A stretch of 64,000 bases of DNA from an uncultured Methanoregulaceae archaeon (GCA_963717525.1 OY970343.1:64001-128000); one strand, 5' to 3'. Positions 1 to 12,149 are shown, counted from the first letter of the stretch. Numbers and translations are program-made. Notes: a model not told the origin generated them from the sequence alone.

Positions 1-186
1 CATGTGCCGATCATCGTTGCGGCGAATAAAAAGGACCTGCCGGGCGTGATGAGCGAGGAGGAGATCCGGAAAGGGATCGGCACAGGGAAGAACGTCCCGG
101 TCCTATTGATATCCTCGCACCAGAAAGATGAAGTACGCGCCGTCCTGGAATCGCTGGTGGACTCGATCACCCGGTTCATCTACTGA
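1..186 (+). CDS. Small GTP-binding protein, C-terminal part (runs off window start)
   Basis: G4 motif in '[11 protein letters not shown]' and a G5-like 'ISS'; open to the window edge. Confidence 0.7.
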   Translation, partial: HVPIIVAANKKDLPGVMSEEEIRKGIGTGKNVPVLLISSHQKDEVRAVLESLVDSITRFIY

Positions 187-257
187 TACAGCGGCGGGTC
201 CGCCCACGACCATTCCGGGGTACCTGCTGCTCCACGCCCGGACACACGAAAAAAGAC

Positions 258-1010
258 ATGCTTACCTTTATCGGCCTTGGCCTCTACGACAAAAACGATA
301 TCTCGGAGAAAGGGCTTTCCTTCATCAGGAGTGCAGACCACGTCTTTCTTGAGGGATACACGTCCCGGCTCATGGGGACAACACGGGAAGAGCTCGAAGC
401 ATTCTACCAAAAACCCGTAAGGCTTCTCATGCGGGCAGACGTGGAGCAGCACCCGGGCGAGCTGCTTGACTGCGCAGCGCGGGGAAACACGGTCTTTCTT
501 TGTGCCGGTGACCCGATGGTCTCGACGACCCATGCGGACTTAAGGATCCGGGCGGCAGACCGGGGCATTCCCACCGCAATCATTCACGGGTCATCGGTTG
601 TAAGCGCGGTCTGCGGGCTCTCGGGGCTCCAAAACTACCGGTTCGGCAAGTCCTGCTCGGTGCCGTTCCCGCAGGCACACTGGTCGCCGACATCGCCTTT
701 GGACGTTATTGCAGAAAACCGGGCGCTCCGGCTGCATACGCTGGTGTACCTCGATATCCAGGACGGGCGTTACATGACCGCAAACGAGGGTATCGGCCTG
801 CTTGAAGGGATGGCACGAAAAAAACAGGTGACAATCCCTCTCTACATCGGCATTGCCCGGGCCGGATCCGATGCACCGGTCGTGCGGGCCGGTACTGCCG
901 ACGCTCTTTGCTCCATGGATTTCGGCCCTCCCCTGCACGTACTGGTAGTCCCCGGGGAGCTCCACGATATGGAGCGTCAGTACCTTGAGAGGTTTGCCGG
1001 CCTATGTTGA
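258..1010 (+). CDS. dph5: Diphthine synthase
   Basis: [42 protein letters not shown] motifs. Confidence 0.95.
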   Translation: MLTFIGLGLYDKNDISEKGLSFIRSADHVFLEGYTSRLMGTTREELEAFYQKPVRLLMRADVEQHPGELLDCAARGNTVFLCAGDPMVSTTHADLRIRAADRGIPTAIIHGSSVVSAVCGLSGLQNYRFGKSCSVPFPQAHWSPTSPLDVIAENRALRLHTLVYLDIQDGRYMTANEGIGLLEGMARKKQVTIPLYIGIARAGSDAPVVRAGTADALCSMDFGPPLHVLVVPGELHDMERQYLERFAGLC

Positions 1011-1582
1011 TCGGCGCGTGCGGGACGCTCCTCTCCCGCGAACTGGATGCCGTTGCCATGGCCCCCCCGGAGGGCACGCCGCTTGCGGCGCTTGCCGGCA
1101 CCACGAAAGGCATGGCACGTGCCTACGCAGACGATGGTGCCACGTTCTTTGCCGGCGGGGATCTGGTCAATGCGCTGGCCGCGTATTATTACGGTTTTGG
1201 CTGGCTGCACTTCGGTCTCGCATACGGCCTGCTCTCCCTTCCGGGAAAAAAGCCGGCCTGTCCTTTTGGGGGGTCAAAAGAAGCACTCTCCCCGGCACAT
1301 GCTGCGCAGCTCGACGAGAAGACCCGGAGGTATGCGAGACTGCTCGATACCGCATGCACCTCGGTGGCTACTGCCCCGGAACCTGAAACGGCAGGCGCCT
1401 GGTTTGCCCGGCGCGTCATCCTGGTTGGCACCTGCTACGCGCGGGGCGGGAGGTGCAGCCTTGCCGGGGGAGCTGAGGAGGAGGCTCTTGGCCGGTTCAG
1501 CTACGGCCACGGGTGGCTGGATGCGGGAGCCCGGGCCGGACTGCTCACGGTCACGGGAAACCGGGAGCTGTTTACTCTCTGA
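1004..1582 (+). CDS. DUF357 domain protein (two tandem repeats)
   Basis: Repeated [17 protein letters not shown] / [16 protein letters not shown] motifs; overlaps the dph5 stop. Confidence 0.8.
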   Translation: MLIGACGTLLSRELDAVAMAPPEGTPLAALAGTTKGMARAYADDGATFFAGGDLVNALAAYYYGFGWLHFGLAYGLLSLPGKKPACPFGGSKEALSPAHAAQLDEKTRRYARLLDTACTSVATAPEPETAGAWFARRVILVGTCYARGGRCSLAGGAEEEALGRFSYGHGWLDAGARAGLLTVTGNRELFTL

Positions 1583-1702
1583 AAACAAGCGCGTTCCCTG
1601 AAGGGAATATCACCTGACGAAATCCTGAATAAAAAGTGTTTATACTATGCCTCATAACCTTTTAAGATAAAACAGGCAGGACGCGCTGCCGGGACAAAAA
1701 CC

Positions 1703-2720
1703 ATGGAGCGATCGCAGAAGAAATGGCTGTATATTTCCATCAGTTTCTCCCTTGCGGTCCTTATCATTATCCTGTACCTTACCATCAATGCAAATACCAT
1801 CCAGTATCTCAAAAAGATCAATCCCTGGTTTTTCAGCTCTCGCTTTCCTCACCCATATCCTGACGATGTGCTTCTGGGCGATGCGGGTCAAGAAGATGTC
1901 CGGATCGCTCGGGTACCCGATCAAATTCTTCTATTCGCTCAACCTCGTTTTTGCAAACCTCCTCGCCGCGGCTGTCACCCCGGCACAGGCAGGCGGCGAA
2001 CCGGTCCGGGTGCACGAGCTCTACAAGGCAAATGTCCCGCTCGGTGATGCAACAGCGGTCGTGATCATGGAGCGTGTGTTGGACGGTATCGCCCTTGCCT
2101 GCCTTGCCGCGTTTGCGATGTTTGCCCTTTCCGAGCAATGGCATAGTCTTGGGGCGATCTCGGATGTCATGATCTATATCACGTGGATCTTTGTGGCCGG
2201 CTGTCTCTTCCTCTTCTACCTTGCCATCCGGAGGCCTGACGTGATGAAACGGGTGGCCGACCGGGCCGCACGCTTCTTTACCCGGAAATGGGAACCGGCC
2301 CGCGTCACGGTTATCCTAGAACGGATCGATGCGGAGATCGCAAACTTCCATGCCGCCGTGCTGAGGTTCGTTAGGACTGCAAAATCCGGGCTGGCTTGGG
2401 GCATGCTCTTTACCCTCCTCTACTGGGTTTCGGAGATCGTAACGGCATCCCTGATCCTCATGGGTCTCGGGCAGCCGCCCCTCTTCTTTGAGTCGTTTGT
2501 GATCCAGCTCATCCTCGCCATCTTAATGATGCTGCCCCTGACACCGGGCAGCTCCGGCATCGCCGAGGCCGGGGCAACCTCTATGTACGCCCTCTTCCTC
2601 CCTTACTCCATCTTGGGTATTTTTGTTGTCATCTGGCGGATCGTGCTGTATTACTTCAATATCGCCCTCGGGGTCGTCGCCAGCCTCATCATCGTCCGGC
2701 GCGAGTCGGAAAACAGGTAA
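1703..2720 (+). CDS. Flippase-like / lysylphosphatidylglycerol synthase TM-region membrane protein (UPF0104); apparent frameshift near 1830
   Basis: TPAQAGGEPVR and PLTPGSSGIAE motifs; N-terminus lies in ORF 1703 and the rest in ORF 1752-2720. Confidence 0.8.
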
Positions 2721-2787
2721 CCGCGCGGGACTATCCGAAGGCAGACCTCTACTCTTATCATACGGCAGGGTGATCTCTTGACCGGAC

Positions 2788-3237
2788 ATGCAGCAGGTCA
2801 GGTGCGAGGTCAGGGGAGTCTTTGTGGCCATTAACGACGCGGCTACCGTACCTGTGGTAGTGCTGACTGACCGTGCAGGACGCCGCCTGCCAATCTTTGT
2901 CGGACTGTGGGAAGCGGTCTCCATAAACAGTGCACAGAACAAGGAGGTGCCTCCCCGCCCGTTCACGCACGACCTGTTCCTGGATCTCATGGGAAAATTT
3001 GCAATCTCCGTCCGTCAGCTTGATATCGACAGTGTCGAAGAAGGGGTGTACTACGCGCACCTCGTGCTTTCCTCCGGGGGCCGTACAGAATTCCTTGACT
3101 GTCGGCCAAGCGACGGAATTGCGGTGGCCCTGCGCGCCAATGCGCCTGTCTTTGTGGATGAAGCACTGCTCGCTGCCGCGGGACAGGAGGAAAGTATCTC
3201 CTCCATGGTCGAGATCTCAGCGTTTCTCCAGAAGTAG
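2788..3237 (+). CDS. Bifunctional nuclease family protein (DUF151)
   Basis: LPIFVGLWEA, PRPFTHDL, DCRPSDGIAVALR motifs. Confidence 0.9.
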   Translation: MQQVRCEVRGVFVAINDAATVPVVVLTDRAGRRLPIFVGLWEAVSINSAQNKEVPPRPFTHDLFLDLMGKFAISVRQLDIDSVEEGVYYAHLVLSSGGRTEFLDCRPSDGIAVALRANAPVFVDEALLAAAGQEESISSMVEISAFLQK

Positions 3238-3271
3238 GGGATACATACCCGATCGATCACCCGGCAGATCT

Positions 3272-3586
3272 TCACTTTCGCCGGTGCTCAAGCTCGCGGA
3301 TGACCTCTTCCAAGTCAACGTCCGCGGCCCGGAGCGCGACAAGGATATGGAACAAGAGGTCGGCTGCCTCTTCGGTTGTCCGCTCCGGCACCCTGTTTTT
3401 TACGGCGATGATGAACTCGGTGGACTCTTCGCCCACTTTCTCTAGGACCTTGTCGATCCCTTTCTTGTCCCGCAGCAGCCGGCTGGTGTAGGACCCTTCG
3501 TCCGGGTGTGCCGCCCGCTCGCAGATGATCTCCCAGAGTTCCCGGATCACCCGGGGGTCGACCGTGCCCTCTCCTTGCGGCTTCAT
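3272..3586 (-). CDS. hisE: Phosphoribosyl-ATP pyrophosphatase
   Basis: SYTSRLL, KVGEESTE, EAADLLFH motifs. Confidence 0.93.
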   Translation of the reverse strand: MKPQGEGTVDPRVIRELWEIICERAAHPDEGSYTSRLLRDKKGIDKVLEKVGEESTEFIIAVKNRVPERTTEEAADLLFHILVALRAADVDLEEVIRELEHRRK

Positions 3587-4026
3587 GCTTCCTCCTGCAC
3601 GAGCAGTACTTCCCCGATCTCAAGACCGCAGAAACGCCTGCAGAGGATGCGCGCCTTCTCAATATTGCAGCCGGCCTTCCCGATCGCGATGCCGAGATCG
3701 CTTTTTTTGTTCACCAGCACGTTGACCGGGCTGTCATCAGCGCCATGTTCGACATCGACGACCCCGGCAGGTTTGAAGATGTTGGCGATGAACACGCCCG
3801 GGTCCTCGGCATATTCGACCATCTCGATGCGCCGGCCCAGCACATTCTGGAGCCTCTTTATATTGTCGCCTTTCTTTCCAATCGCAAGTCCCATGTCGCC
3901 CTGCCGGATCACGTAGATCACCCGGTCGAACCGGTCATCGATCACACAGTCGAGGGCTGTTGCCCGTGTGAGGATCCGCAGCTCTTCTATGTACCTTCGT
4001 TCCTTAAAGCCGATATTGCGCTCCAT
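3583..4026 (-). CDS. nusA: Archaeal NusA-like KH-domain transcription factor
   Basis: Two KH GxxG motifs: GLAIGKKGDNIK and GIAIGKAGCNIE. Confidence 0.88.
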   Translation of the reverse strand: MERNIGFKERRYIEELRILTRATALDCVIDDRFDRVIYVIRQGDMGLAIGKKGDNIKRLQNVLGRRIEMVEYAEDPGVFIANIFKPAGVVDVEHGADDSPVNVLVNKKSDLGIAIGKAGCNIEKARILCRRFCGLEIGEVLLVQEEA

Positions 4027-4190
4027 ATCAAAATCAATCCTATTGTATCCGCAATTTTGCCGATATTCGATGCTTGGATATATCTGCTGGCCCGGCAGGC
4101 CGGGTGCATGTATGCGTGATTATGAAATAATCACACGCTGCTTGTGTAAAAAAGTTTGGAAAAAGATCGGGGTGGTAACCTGACGGGATA

Positions 4191-4918
4191 TCAGGCGATC
4201 GTATACGTGATCGATACCTGGGCAGTGACCGTTATATCCCCGGACTGGATCGGTGTCGGGGCAGCCGCCATTTTTCCTGACGCTGCTGCGGTCGTATCAT
4301 AATTGCCGTAGACCACCGGGGTGTACCCCTGGGTGATATCTGCTGCCTGGGTCCCGGTTATAGTCACGTTGAGGGCTGCAGCGACGGCATTTGCATCGGC
4401 TCTGGCGTTTCCGACTGCCTGGGTAAGTGCCTGGCCCCGGAGCGCCTGCGCCTTTTCGTCCGAGAAGAGGAACTGGATGGAGTTCACCTGGTTTGCCCCG
4501 GCGTTTACTGCCGTATCGATGACCTGCCCGGTCGTGTTGGTGTCCATGAGGGTGACCTGGAGGGTGTTTGTCACCTGGTAGGTTTTGACCGTCCCGGAAA
4601 AGATGCTGCCTGAGTCCTGCTGGTAGACCGGCGTGATCGAATACCCGGTGGTCTTAATCTCGTCACGGGGAACCCCTGATGCAGCGAGCGCATCCATGAC
4701 GTTGTTCATCGCAAGAGCGTTGTTTGACTGTGCGATCCTGACATCCGCGTTTTCGGTCTGGACCGCAAAATTGATCTGCACCCGGTCCGGGTACCTGTAA
4801 CCGATCCGCTACCGCTGACCTGTATGACATGGTCGTTTGTGGAATCCGCTGCTGCACAGCCAATCAGTGCCAGGGTGAGGACCACCAGGGCGAAGGTGAG
4901 TACTGCCGTTTTTCTCAT
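4191..4918 (-). CDS. SIMPL (DUF541) secreted protein; apparent frameshift near 4790
   Basis: Signal peptide, IQVSGSGSVTG(TPD), GANQVNSIQF, VTAQVSITY; split across two ORFs. Confidence 0.85.
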
Positions 4919-5088
4919 GGTATATCCGACCGGGTATTGGAGAACGGGGCGATTAAATATTGCTTTGACTGCGAAATTGTTCGCAATTATCAGGAAAAAA
5001 CCGGTGAATGAACCCAGATACAGCTGAAAGGAGAATGATCCCCCAAAGTAACATGTGCCGGCAGAGTGTATAGTACAGGCGATAGAGC

Positions 5089-6339
5089 ATGGGAGCAACA
5101 ATCGTCGAGAAGATCTTCTCACGGAAATGTGGCAGCGATATCAGGGCAGGCGAAGTGGTCATGACGCCCATTGACGGGGCCATGATCCATGATATTACCG
5201 GCCCGCTTGCCATCCAGAAGTTCTCCGAGATGGGAGGCGAGCACGTCTTCGATCCAAAGCGTGTCATCATGCTCTTTGACCACCAGATACCGGCAGACTC
5301 CCTTGAAGCGGCAAAAATCCACAAGTATATGCGTAAATTTGCCGCAGAGCAGGGCATCCACAACTACGATATCAACGAAGGGGTCTGCCACCAGGTGGTC
5401 CTGGAGAAGGGACGGGCAGCGCCCGGCGAGATCATTGTCGGGGCCGACTCCCACACCTGCATGTACGGTGCTGTCGGGGCATTTGCGACCGGCATAGGTT
5501 CGACCGATATGGGTTTCGCGCTCAAGTTCGGCGCCCTCTACTTCAAGGTGCCGGAGACGATCCGGGCCGAAGTGTCAGGAAAGTTCCGGAAGCGTGTCGG
5601 GGCAAAGGACCTGATCCTTGCAATTGCAGCCGATATCGGGGCCGATGGTGCGACCTACCAGGCGATCGAATTCACGGGAAAAACCATCGCAAAAATGGAC
5701 ATGCCCGGCCGGATGACCTGCTGCAACATGGCTATCGAGATGGGGGCAAAGGCCGGCATTGTCCCGCCCGACAAGGTCACGTGGGCGTACATGAAAGGTC
5801 GCAGGAAGATAAAGCCGTTCGATCTTGCGAGCGACGACAATGCGAAGTTTGCAGAGAAGCGGACGTACAACGTCTCGGATCTTGAACCACAGGTCGCTGT
5901 CCCCCACAATGTCGATCAGGGAGTACCGGTCAGCAAGGTTGCCGGGACCCGTATTGACCAGGTCTTTATCGGCTCGTGCACAAACGGGCGTTACGAGGAT
6001 CTCGCCGAGGCGGCAGAAGTACTGGGCAAAAAGAAGTTTGATTCGGGGACCCGGGTGCTCATCATCCCCGCCTCCCGTGATGAGTATCTCAAAGCGCTCG
6101 AAAACGGGCTTATAGAACGGTTCGTGAAGGCGGGAGCCCTTGTTGAGGCTCCCTGCTGCGGGCCCTGCATGGGCGGATCATTTGGCCTGCTCGCGCCCGG
6201 CGAAGTCTCGCTTTCCACCTCGAACCGGAACTTCAGAGGCCGGCAGGGCAGCACCGATGCGTTGGTGTATCTCTGTTCTGCGGCTACCGCAGCGGCGAGC
6301 GCTATGAAAGGTGAGATCACCGATCCGCGGGAGGTGTGA
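5089..6339 (+). CDS. leuC: 3-isopropylmalate dehydratase/homoaconitase large subunit
   Basis: GADSHTC, IGSCTNGR, CGPCMG, STSNRNFRGRQG motifs; LeuC versus AksD cannot be resolved by eye. Confidence 0.85.
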   Translation: MGATIVEKIFSRKCGSDIRAGEVVMTPIDGAMIHDITGPLAIQKFSEMGGEHVFDPKRVIMLFDHQIPADSLEAAKIHKYMRKFAAEQGIHNYDINEGVCHQVVLEKGRAAPGEIIVGADSHTCMYGAVGAFATGIGSTDMGFALKFGALYFKVPETIRAEVSGKFRKRVGAKDLILAIAADIGADGATYQAIEFTGKTIAKMDMPGRMTCCNMAIEMGAKAGIVPPDKVTWAYMKGRRKIKPFDLASDDNAKFAEKRTYNVSDLEPQVAVPHNVDQGVPVSKVAGTRIDQVFIGSCTNGRYEDLAEAAEVLGKKKFDSGTRVLIIPASRDEYLKALENGLIERFVKAGALVEAPCCGPCMGGSFGLLAPGEVSLSTSNRNFRGRQGSTDALVYLCSAATAAASAMKGEITDPREV

Positions 6340-6341
6340 CC

Positions 6342-6905
6342 ATGCCGGCAAGGATGACCTCAATGGAAAAGACCATGATCGTTGACCTGACCCCCCGGAC
6401 AAAAAACATGCAGGTCTGGAAGTTTGGAGACAATGTCGATACCGATGCGATCATCCCGGGACGGTTTCTTACGATCAACAATCCCGACGAGCTGGCAAAG
6501 CACGCCTTTGAGGGCACCCGGGACGAGTTCGCAAGGAAAGTAAAAGACGGCGATGTGGTTGTTGGTGGGAAGAACTTCGGGTGCGGTTCCTCGCGCGAAC
6601 ACGCGCCGCTCGCGCTTCTCGGTGCAGGTGTCCACGTGGTGCTGGCACAATCGTTTGCCCGCATCTTTTTCCGGAATGCCATCAATGTCGGGGTACTTCC
6701 GGTGGTCTGCCATGATACGGATAAAATTGCAGACGGTACGAAGATTACGCTCGATCTCAAAGAGGGATACGCAGAGATTGACGGCACAAAACTCGCCATC
6801 GAGCCGGTGCCCCCGTTCATGCAGGGCATCATTGATGCCGGGGGCCTTGTGGAGTATGCGAGAAACTTAAAGGAGGTGCCGGTATGTACAAAGTCGCGGC
6901 AATAG
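6342..6905 (+). CDS. leuD: 3-isopropylmalate dehydratase/homoaconitase small subunit
   Basis: [32 protein letters not shown] motifs; GGAGGTG RBS before ATG 6342. Confidence 0.85.
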   Translation: MPARMTSMEKTMIVDLTPRTKNMQVWKFGDNVDTDAIIPGRFLTINNPDELAKHAFEGTRDEFARKVKDGDVVVGGKNFGCGSSREHAPLALLGAGVHVVLAQSFARIFFRNAINVGVLPVVCHDTDKIADGTKITLDLKEGYAEIDGTKLAIEPVPPFMQGIIDAGGLVEYARNLKEVPVCTKSRQ

Positions 6906-7999
6906 GCGGTGACGGTATCGGCCCGGAGATTGTTGCAGAAGGAAAGAAGGTGCTCGAAGCCGCAGGTGAGCGGTTCAACTTCGGGATCGACTGGACGGAT
7001 TTCGACATCGGGGCAGACCGGTATCTTGCGACTAAAAAACTCCTCAATGAGGATGATCTTGCAGAACTCAAAAAGTTCAAGGCGATCTATTTCGGCGCCA
7101 TCGGCGATCCCCGGGTTCCGCCGGGCATCCTCGAGAAGGGAATCCTGCTTGCGCTCCGGTTCTCCTTTGACGAGTACGTGAACCTGCGGCCGATCAAGCT
7201 GCTGGAAGGCGTCGAGACGCCGCTTGCGAATAAGAGTCCCGCGGATATCGATTTTGTGGTCATTCGGGAGAATACCGAGGATTTCTACGTCGGCATCGGC
7301 TCACGCTTTAGAAAGCACCAGAAGATCGAACTTGAGGTAGCCCGGGAGCTTTACAACGTGAAGTTCGGCCTGGACATAGACAGCGATGCCGAGGAACTGG
7401 CCTACCAGATCGGCGTTGTGACCCGGGAAGGATCGCGCCGGGTCCAGACCTATGCGTTCGAGCTCGCAGAGAAGCGCGGGAAAAAACTGACCTCGGTGGA
7501 CAAGGCAAATGTCCTCTCCGACGTGTACGGCCTCTGGCGCGATGTCTTTACTGAGACCGCAAAGAAGTACCCCGGTGTCGCCACGGAATTCAATTTCGTC
7601 GATGCGGTCACGATGTGGTTTGTCAAGAACCCCGAGTGGTTCGATGTCGTGGTCACGCCCAATATGTTCGGCGATATCATTACCGATCTCGGCGCGATGA
7701 TCCAAGGCGGCCTCGGGCTTGCCCCGGGCGGCAACATCAACCCGAAGGGCACGTCGATGTTCGAACCGATCCACGGGTCGGCACCGAAATACAAGGGAAT
7801 GGATGTTGCAAACCCGATAGCGACGATCTGGGCAGGATCTCTTCTCCTGGATCACCTCGGCGAACGCGAAGCCGCTGCAGCGGTGGTGTCTGCCATTGAA
7901 AAGAGCATCAGGGATGGCATCGTGACAAAAGATCTCGGCGGGACCGCGGGAACGAAAAAGGTGGGCAGTTATATCGCGGACAGCGTGCGCCGCGGCTGA
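6884..7999 (+). CDS. leuB: 3-isopropylmalate/isocitrate-family dehydrogenase
   Basis: [36 protein letters not shown] motifs. Confidence 0.88.
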   Translation: MYKVAAIGGDGIGPEIVAEGKKVLEAAGERFNFGIDWTDFDIGADRYLATKKLLNEDDLAELKKFKAIYFGAIGDPRVPPGILEKGILLALRFSFDEYVNLRPIKLLEGVETPLANKSPADIDFVVIRENTEDFYVGIGSRFRKHQKIELEVARELYNVKFGLDIDSDAEELAYQIGVVTREGSRRVQTYAFELAEKRGKKLTSVDKANVLSDVYGLWRDVFTETAKKYPGVATEFNFVDAVTMWFVKNPEWFDVVVTPNMFGDIITDLGAMIQGGLGLAPGGNINPKGTSMFEPIHGSAPKYKGMDVANPIATIWAGSLLLDHLGEREAAAAVVSAIEKSIRDGIVTKDLGGTAGTKKVGSYIADSVRRG

Positions 8000-8058
8000 T
8001 CCGGTCACTCGCTTCTCTTTTGTATTTTGTTATGCACTCCGCAAAAGATCATGGCACC

Positions 8059-8190
8059 CATGACGAGCTCGATGCCCTGACCTCCGCATTAGTAGGTTAT
8101 TTTTACCTTGCCGGCGAGCTGTGAGGCGATCGGGAACGCGACGGAAGGATACCTGATCCTTCAAAATCCCTCAGGTATCCTTGACAGGTA
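8059..8190 (+). pseudogene. Probable fragment of a DUF429-like (RNase H-fold) protein C-terminus
   Basis: Reads HDELDALTSALVGYFYLAG, then after a frameshift EAIGNATEGYLIL; no N-terminal part or start codon. Confidence 0.45.
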
Positions 8191-8312
8191 AGGCCGGGAA
8201 AGGATCGCTGCAATCACGACTTTGGCGAGCTGTGCCCCGCTCCTGATCGGCTGATGGTCGATAATGTACTAGTGCGAAAATAAGGAAAAACACAAAAGAA
8301 AAACATCGATGT

Positions 8313-9242
8313 CTACTGAAGGTTATCCGGGATATCGAGCGGGACATCTCCTTCGTCTTCAGATTTTTTGGGGGAGAAAATGGATTTGAGCGCGGCAAAA
8401 GGCCCTCCATTGTTTTCATCGGCCGGATCCCTCCCGTTCTTTTTTCTGTCCCCGTAATTTTTCAGGAGAATTTCAGCCTCGATCAGCCCTTCTTCGACTT
8501 TTTTCTTTTCCGTCACGTCCACGAGGTACCCGGCGATAGCGACGGTCTGCCTGTTCTTTATCACCGGGATTTCGTTGACCTCAACCCAGACCGTTGAATT
8601 GTTGCGGCCGTAAAATTCCAGGCGGTATGGCGGTTCGCGCCTCCCGGAGGAGATCGCTTTTAAGGTCCTTTCCAGTCCCTTTGCATTGAGCGGGTTATCG
8701 GTCAGGTAATCGGTCCACAGTCGTTTACCCGAGCGGGAACCTGCCCCGAGAATCGCCCGGATCCGGGGACTTACATAGTGCAGGGTATGATCGGAACTGT
8801 GCGTGAAATACATCTCCTTACCGCTTTCGAGGAGGAGCATCAGTTCCTCATCCCGCTTCCTGATTGCCCGGTGCTCCCTTTGAAGCCGTGTGATGTCCCG
8901 CCCGGTAGCCACTATCGCGATTACGCCTCCGTTGCCATCGGTAATCGATCGGGCCGACCAGCTGATGCAGCGTGGCCCCCTCGGTGACGAGATCCATTGT
9001 TCCACCTGGCATGCATAGGGTGGCCGGAAGAGTCCGGTCATCTGGGTGGCCATAACTTCGGAATACCGCTGATCAGTTGCAGGCATAAAGACGCTGCCGG
9101 AGAGTTCCTCCCGTGTCTTTCCCAGTGCATCGCAGTATGCCGTGTTGACAAACAGGAGGCGTCCCTCGGGACTGAACTTGACCAGCATGTCCTGCTGGTG
9201 CTCCACCAGTTCCTCATAGGGGGGATCATCGCAGGTATCCAT
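8313..9242 (-). CDS. Tandem PAS-domain sensor protein with no output domain
   Basis: GRLLFVNTAYC...IVATGRDIT and LHYVSP...GYLVDVTEKK PAS/PAC motifs. Confidence 0.85.
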   Translation of the reverse strand: MDTCDDPPYEELVEHQQDMLVKFSPEGRLLFVNTAYCDALGKTREELSGSVFMPATDQRYSEVMATQMTGLFRPPYACQVEQWISSPRGPRCISWSARSITDGNGGVIAIVATGRDITRLQREHRAIRKRDEELMLLLESGKEMYFTHSSDHTLHYVSPRIRAILGAGSRSGKRLWTDYLTDNPLNAKGLERTLKAISSGRREPPYRLEFYGRNNSTVWVEVNEIPVIKNRQTVAIAGYLVDVTEKKKVEEGLIEAEILLKNYGDRKKNGRDPADENNGGPFAALKSIFSPKKSEDEGDVPLDIPDNLQ

Positions 9243-9418
9243 ACCGTGGCTCCGTTACGGTGAGGGAGACAGCGCCGGCCTAAAAAAGACCCCCATCACT
9301 CAGTACACGTTTCCTTTGTGGACTATTAATGTTGCATATCATCTGCGCTATACCGCTCTGGAACTACCGTGGAGGAGTAAAAAAATGAGAGGGGGGATAC
9401 GAGAGGCGTGCGCGAATG

Positions 9419-9838
9419 TCAGACCCGTACGCCAATCTGCTGCTGGCCGGAGAGCCTGCGGTCTTTCCATGCGGGTGATGCGGGCTGATCAGGGATCCGT
9501 GCGATGGTGGCGAGCCGCTCCCTCCCGTAGATGACCGACCTGATGGCAAGGAGTGAAACTGTGAAGTTCCCTGCCTCGAAGAGTTCAAGGTTGAGGGCTT
9601 TACCGGATGCCGACACCTGTGCGAGGCCGCAGGTCGCCCCAAGGTAATAGTTCCACTCGCGGACGAGTGTCTCCACCTGGACAACAACCTGCCGGCCGGA
9701 GATCCCCTTTGCCAGATCCGCGAGCCGGATCGCATACCGGGCGCCCATGATGTGCAGTTCCACGACCTCATGGAGCTTGCCGTCATGGTCGATTGCCCGG
9801 TATCCTGTCCGCCGGATATAACCTGCTTTCTGCATCAT
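9419..9838 (-). CDS. Hypothetical protein
   Basis: ~139 aa ORF from ATG 9838 with a TATA-like element upstream; no recognised motif. Confidence 0.6.
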   Translation of the reverse strand: MMQKAGYIRRTGYRAIDHDGKLHEVVELHIMGARYAIRLADLAKGISGRQVVVQVETLVREWNYYLGATCGLAQVSASGKALNLELFEAGNFTVSLLAIRSVIYGRERLATIARIPDQPASPAWKDRRLSGQQQIGVRV

Positions 9839-9984
9839 ACACGACCACCTTCTGTCGTAGTAGTGCGTCTTTACCGACCGGTATATAAGCCGGGGCCGTG
9901 CGCGGGGTGAAAGTGAAAGAAGAGACGGGCACCCCTCTTTTTCCGGCCGATAATATCGTTGCCTGATAACCGGCACCTGGGTAC

Positions 9985-11116
9985 TTACACAGTTTTGTCC
10001 ATGCAGGCGTTCAGGACATCTTCGACAAAATGGAGCGTGCCACCTGTACCTGCAAGTGGGGGATGTGCAAGCCTGACCTGTCCGCGGAGCGGGGGGATGA
10101 TCCCGACAAAGGCACGGTCGGCGCACAGGGTGCGTTCGAACGAGGATCCTATCACGAGATCCGGTGCGACCTCCGCGATCGTTCGGCCGACCTCTTCAAG
10201 TCCCGCCAGTTTCTCAACCTTGCAGTGCACGCCCGTTTGTGCCGGGGGGTCGTTGCGCGTACCGATGGCAAGGATCTCCGCATCGAGATACCGTTGCAGG
10301 GTGTCAGCGGCAAAGAGAGCATACGCAGCGCCGGCAAAGACCGCAACCCCGGGCGGGTCGTACCGGCGGAGGAACTTGTCGCACGCATGGATCACCCGCT
10401 CCTCCTGCTTATCGAGTTCGGCCAAAACCGGGCCCATGTCAGCACCGTTATACGCCACGGCAAGCCTCTCACAGGTGGCGCGGAGCGCCGGTATCCCGAG
10501 AGTTCCGCCAATGTATCTTCCCGACCCCAGATCCAAAATCCTCGTTTGTACCAACCGTCAGCGGGGACGCGTGTCCCGCCATCCCGGCTAGGTCCCGGCA
10601 GAACACCGTTCCCACGGGGATGCCGGCACAGTGCAGCAGCCGGGAGATCTCCTGTATGTTTCCCTCGTAAAAAGGGTCCGAAAGAGAGACACCATCAATA
10701 TTGACTCCCGGTCGCTCCGAGTCGATCGCCGGGGAAAGCACAGCGAGAGCCGCCCGGTACCCGGCCTCCATCTCCCCGGCAAACCCGGGGCTGTCGACAA
10801 CAATAATGTCCTTTTCGTCAACCATCGATTTTATGTCCTCCCCAAGGGCGGAAGGAACACAGGTGGTGATTACGGCTATCCGGCCTCCCCTGCCGGAAAG
10901 ATCGCCGATCACCTCACGAAGCCGGTCACCTGACCCGAAAATCACCTCGTTTTCGAGGATGAATGTACTGTGCAGGGGGGCGTGGAGGAGGGTCGCCGGA
11001 TAATAATAGCACCCGCTCGACCCGTGGATGACAACCGTGATCCCTTCAAACCCGGCAAGGCAGGCTGCTGCCCCGGTCATGGCGCAGGGCCACAGGGGAG
11101 TCCCGCACTCAGGCAT
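9985..11116 (-). CDS. Nitrogenase component-1-like subunit (NifK/BchB-like, ~375 aa); apparent frameshift near 10520
   Basis: PCAMTGA, IHGSSGC, TTCVPSALGED motifs; C-terminus DLVIGSSFER...PLAGTGGTLHFVEDVLNA resembles the NifK end. Confidence 0.85.
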
Positions 11117-12149
11117 GGAGTGCCCTCCTCCATCGGTGAAGCATCCGCCGCACGCCGGTAATACCAATCGGCGGCGTCACGGGCACGGGCACCGGGCGTC
11201 CGGTTGAGGTGATGTCGAGCCGGAGGGCCTGTGCAATATCCTGTGCCACCCGGCCGCCTTCCGGATCGGGGGGATGCGGGAAAAAGGAGACCCCCAGACC
11301 CGCAATGTCCGCAAAATCGTCAAGGGTCTCCTGCCGGAGTGCATGTTCCTCATCCAACGCATGCCGGGGGTCGATCCCGCTGGCACCGGCAACAGATTCA
11401 AGAAATGCGATGGTTCCGGAGATCCCCACAGGATATCCCGGAATATAAGGGGTCCCAAAGCGCTCCCTGAGGTGTTCTCCGACAGGAATTAGGGAAGGAT
11501 CCCGGAGCACGTTGAGCCAGGCAGCCCCCAGTGATGCTATCTGCCTGGTGGTAACGTCATGGACAAACCGGACATTCACGGAGAGGCCAAGCAGGGTGAG
11601 TAGCCGGGAGACCTCGGCGAAATTCTCATCAACCTCGTATTCGAGGTTTTTCTCCCCGATGATATTCACCCTTCCGTTTCCCGTGGCCGGCTCTGCAAGC
11701 CCGGCAAGGGCAACAAGCGCATTGTTGACGCCGGTCTGGAACGATCCTCCGAGGAAGCCGGCGGTCGGGACAACGATAACCGGCACCCCGGCCTTTGAAC
11801 CGCAGACCATCCCGACATCGTCGCCAATGGTATCCACGATACAGGTAGAGAGCACAAAAACAGCCCCGGGATCGCGTGCGATCACCTGATCGAGTGTATG
11901 GTCAAGCGCCCCCTCGCCGCCGAAGATCACATCGGTCTCCGAGAGCCCGGTCGAAACAAGGGGGGGCAGGGAGACATGGTCATTATCGAGGCTTGTCGCG
12001 TGCAGGAGGGAAAAATTGTGATGTGTACATCCCGCCGGACCGTGTACGACCGTGATCGCATCGCAGACATGGGTGGTCACCGACAGTGCGCCGGTGAGGG
12101 TGCAGCCGGCAGATCTACATAAATTCGATGGCGAGGGCCTCAAGGTCAT
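11109..12149 (-). CDS. Nitrogenase component-1-like subunit (NifD/NifE-like, ~346 aa)
   Basis: [45 protein letters not shown] motifs. Confidence 0.88.
   Translation of the reverse strand: MTLRPSPSNLCRSAGCTLTGALSVTTHVCDAITVVHGPAGCTHHNFSLLHATSLDNDHVSLPPLVSTGLSETDVIFGGEGALDHTLDQVIARDPGAVFVLSTCIVDTIGDDVGMVCGSKAGVPVIVVPTAGFLGGSFQTGVNNALVALAGLAEPATGNGRVNIIGEKNLEYEVDENFAEVSRLLTLLGLSVNVRFVHDVTTRQIASLGAAWLNVLRDPSLIPVGEHLRERFGTPYIPGYPVGISGTIAFLESVAGASGIDPRHALDEEHALRQETLDDFADIAGLGVSFFPHPPDPEGGRVAQDIAQALRLDITSTGRPVPVPVTPPIGITGVRRMLHRWRRALHA

Noticed and set aside
4970..4985. Palindrome TGCGAA-ATTG-TTCGCA between SIMPL and leuC
   Set aside because: 6-bp arms could arise by chance and no second copy was seen.
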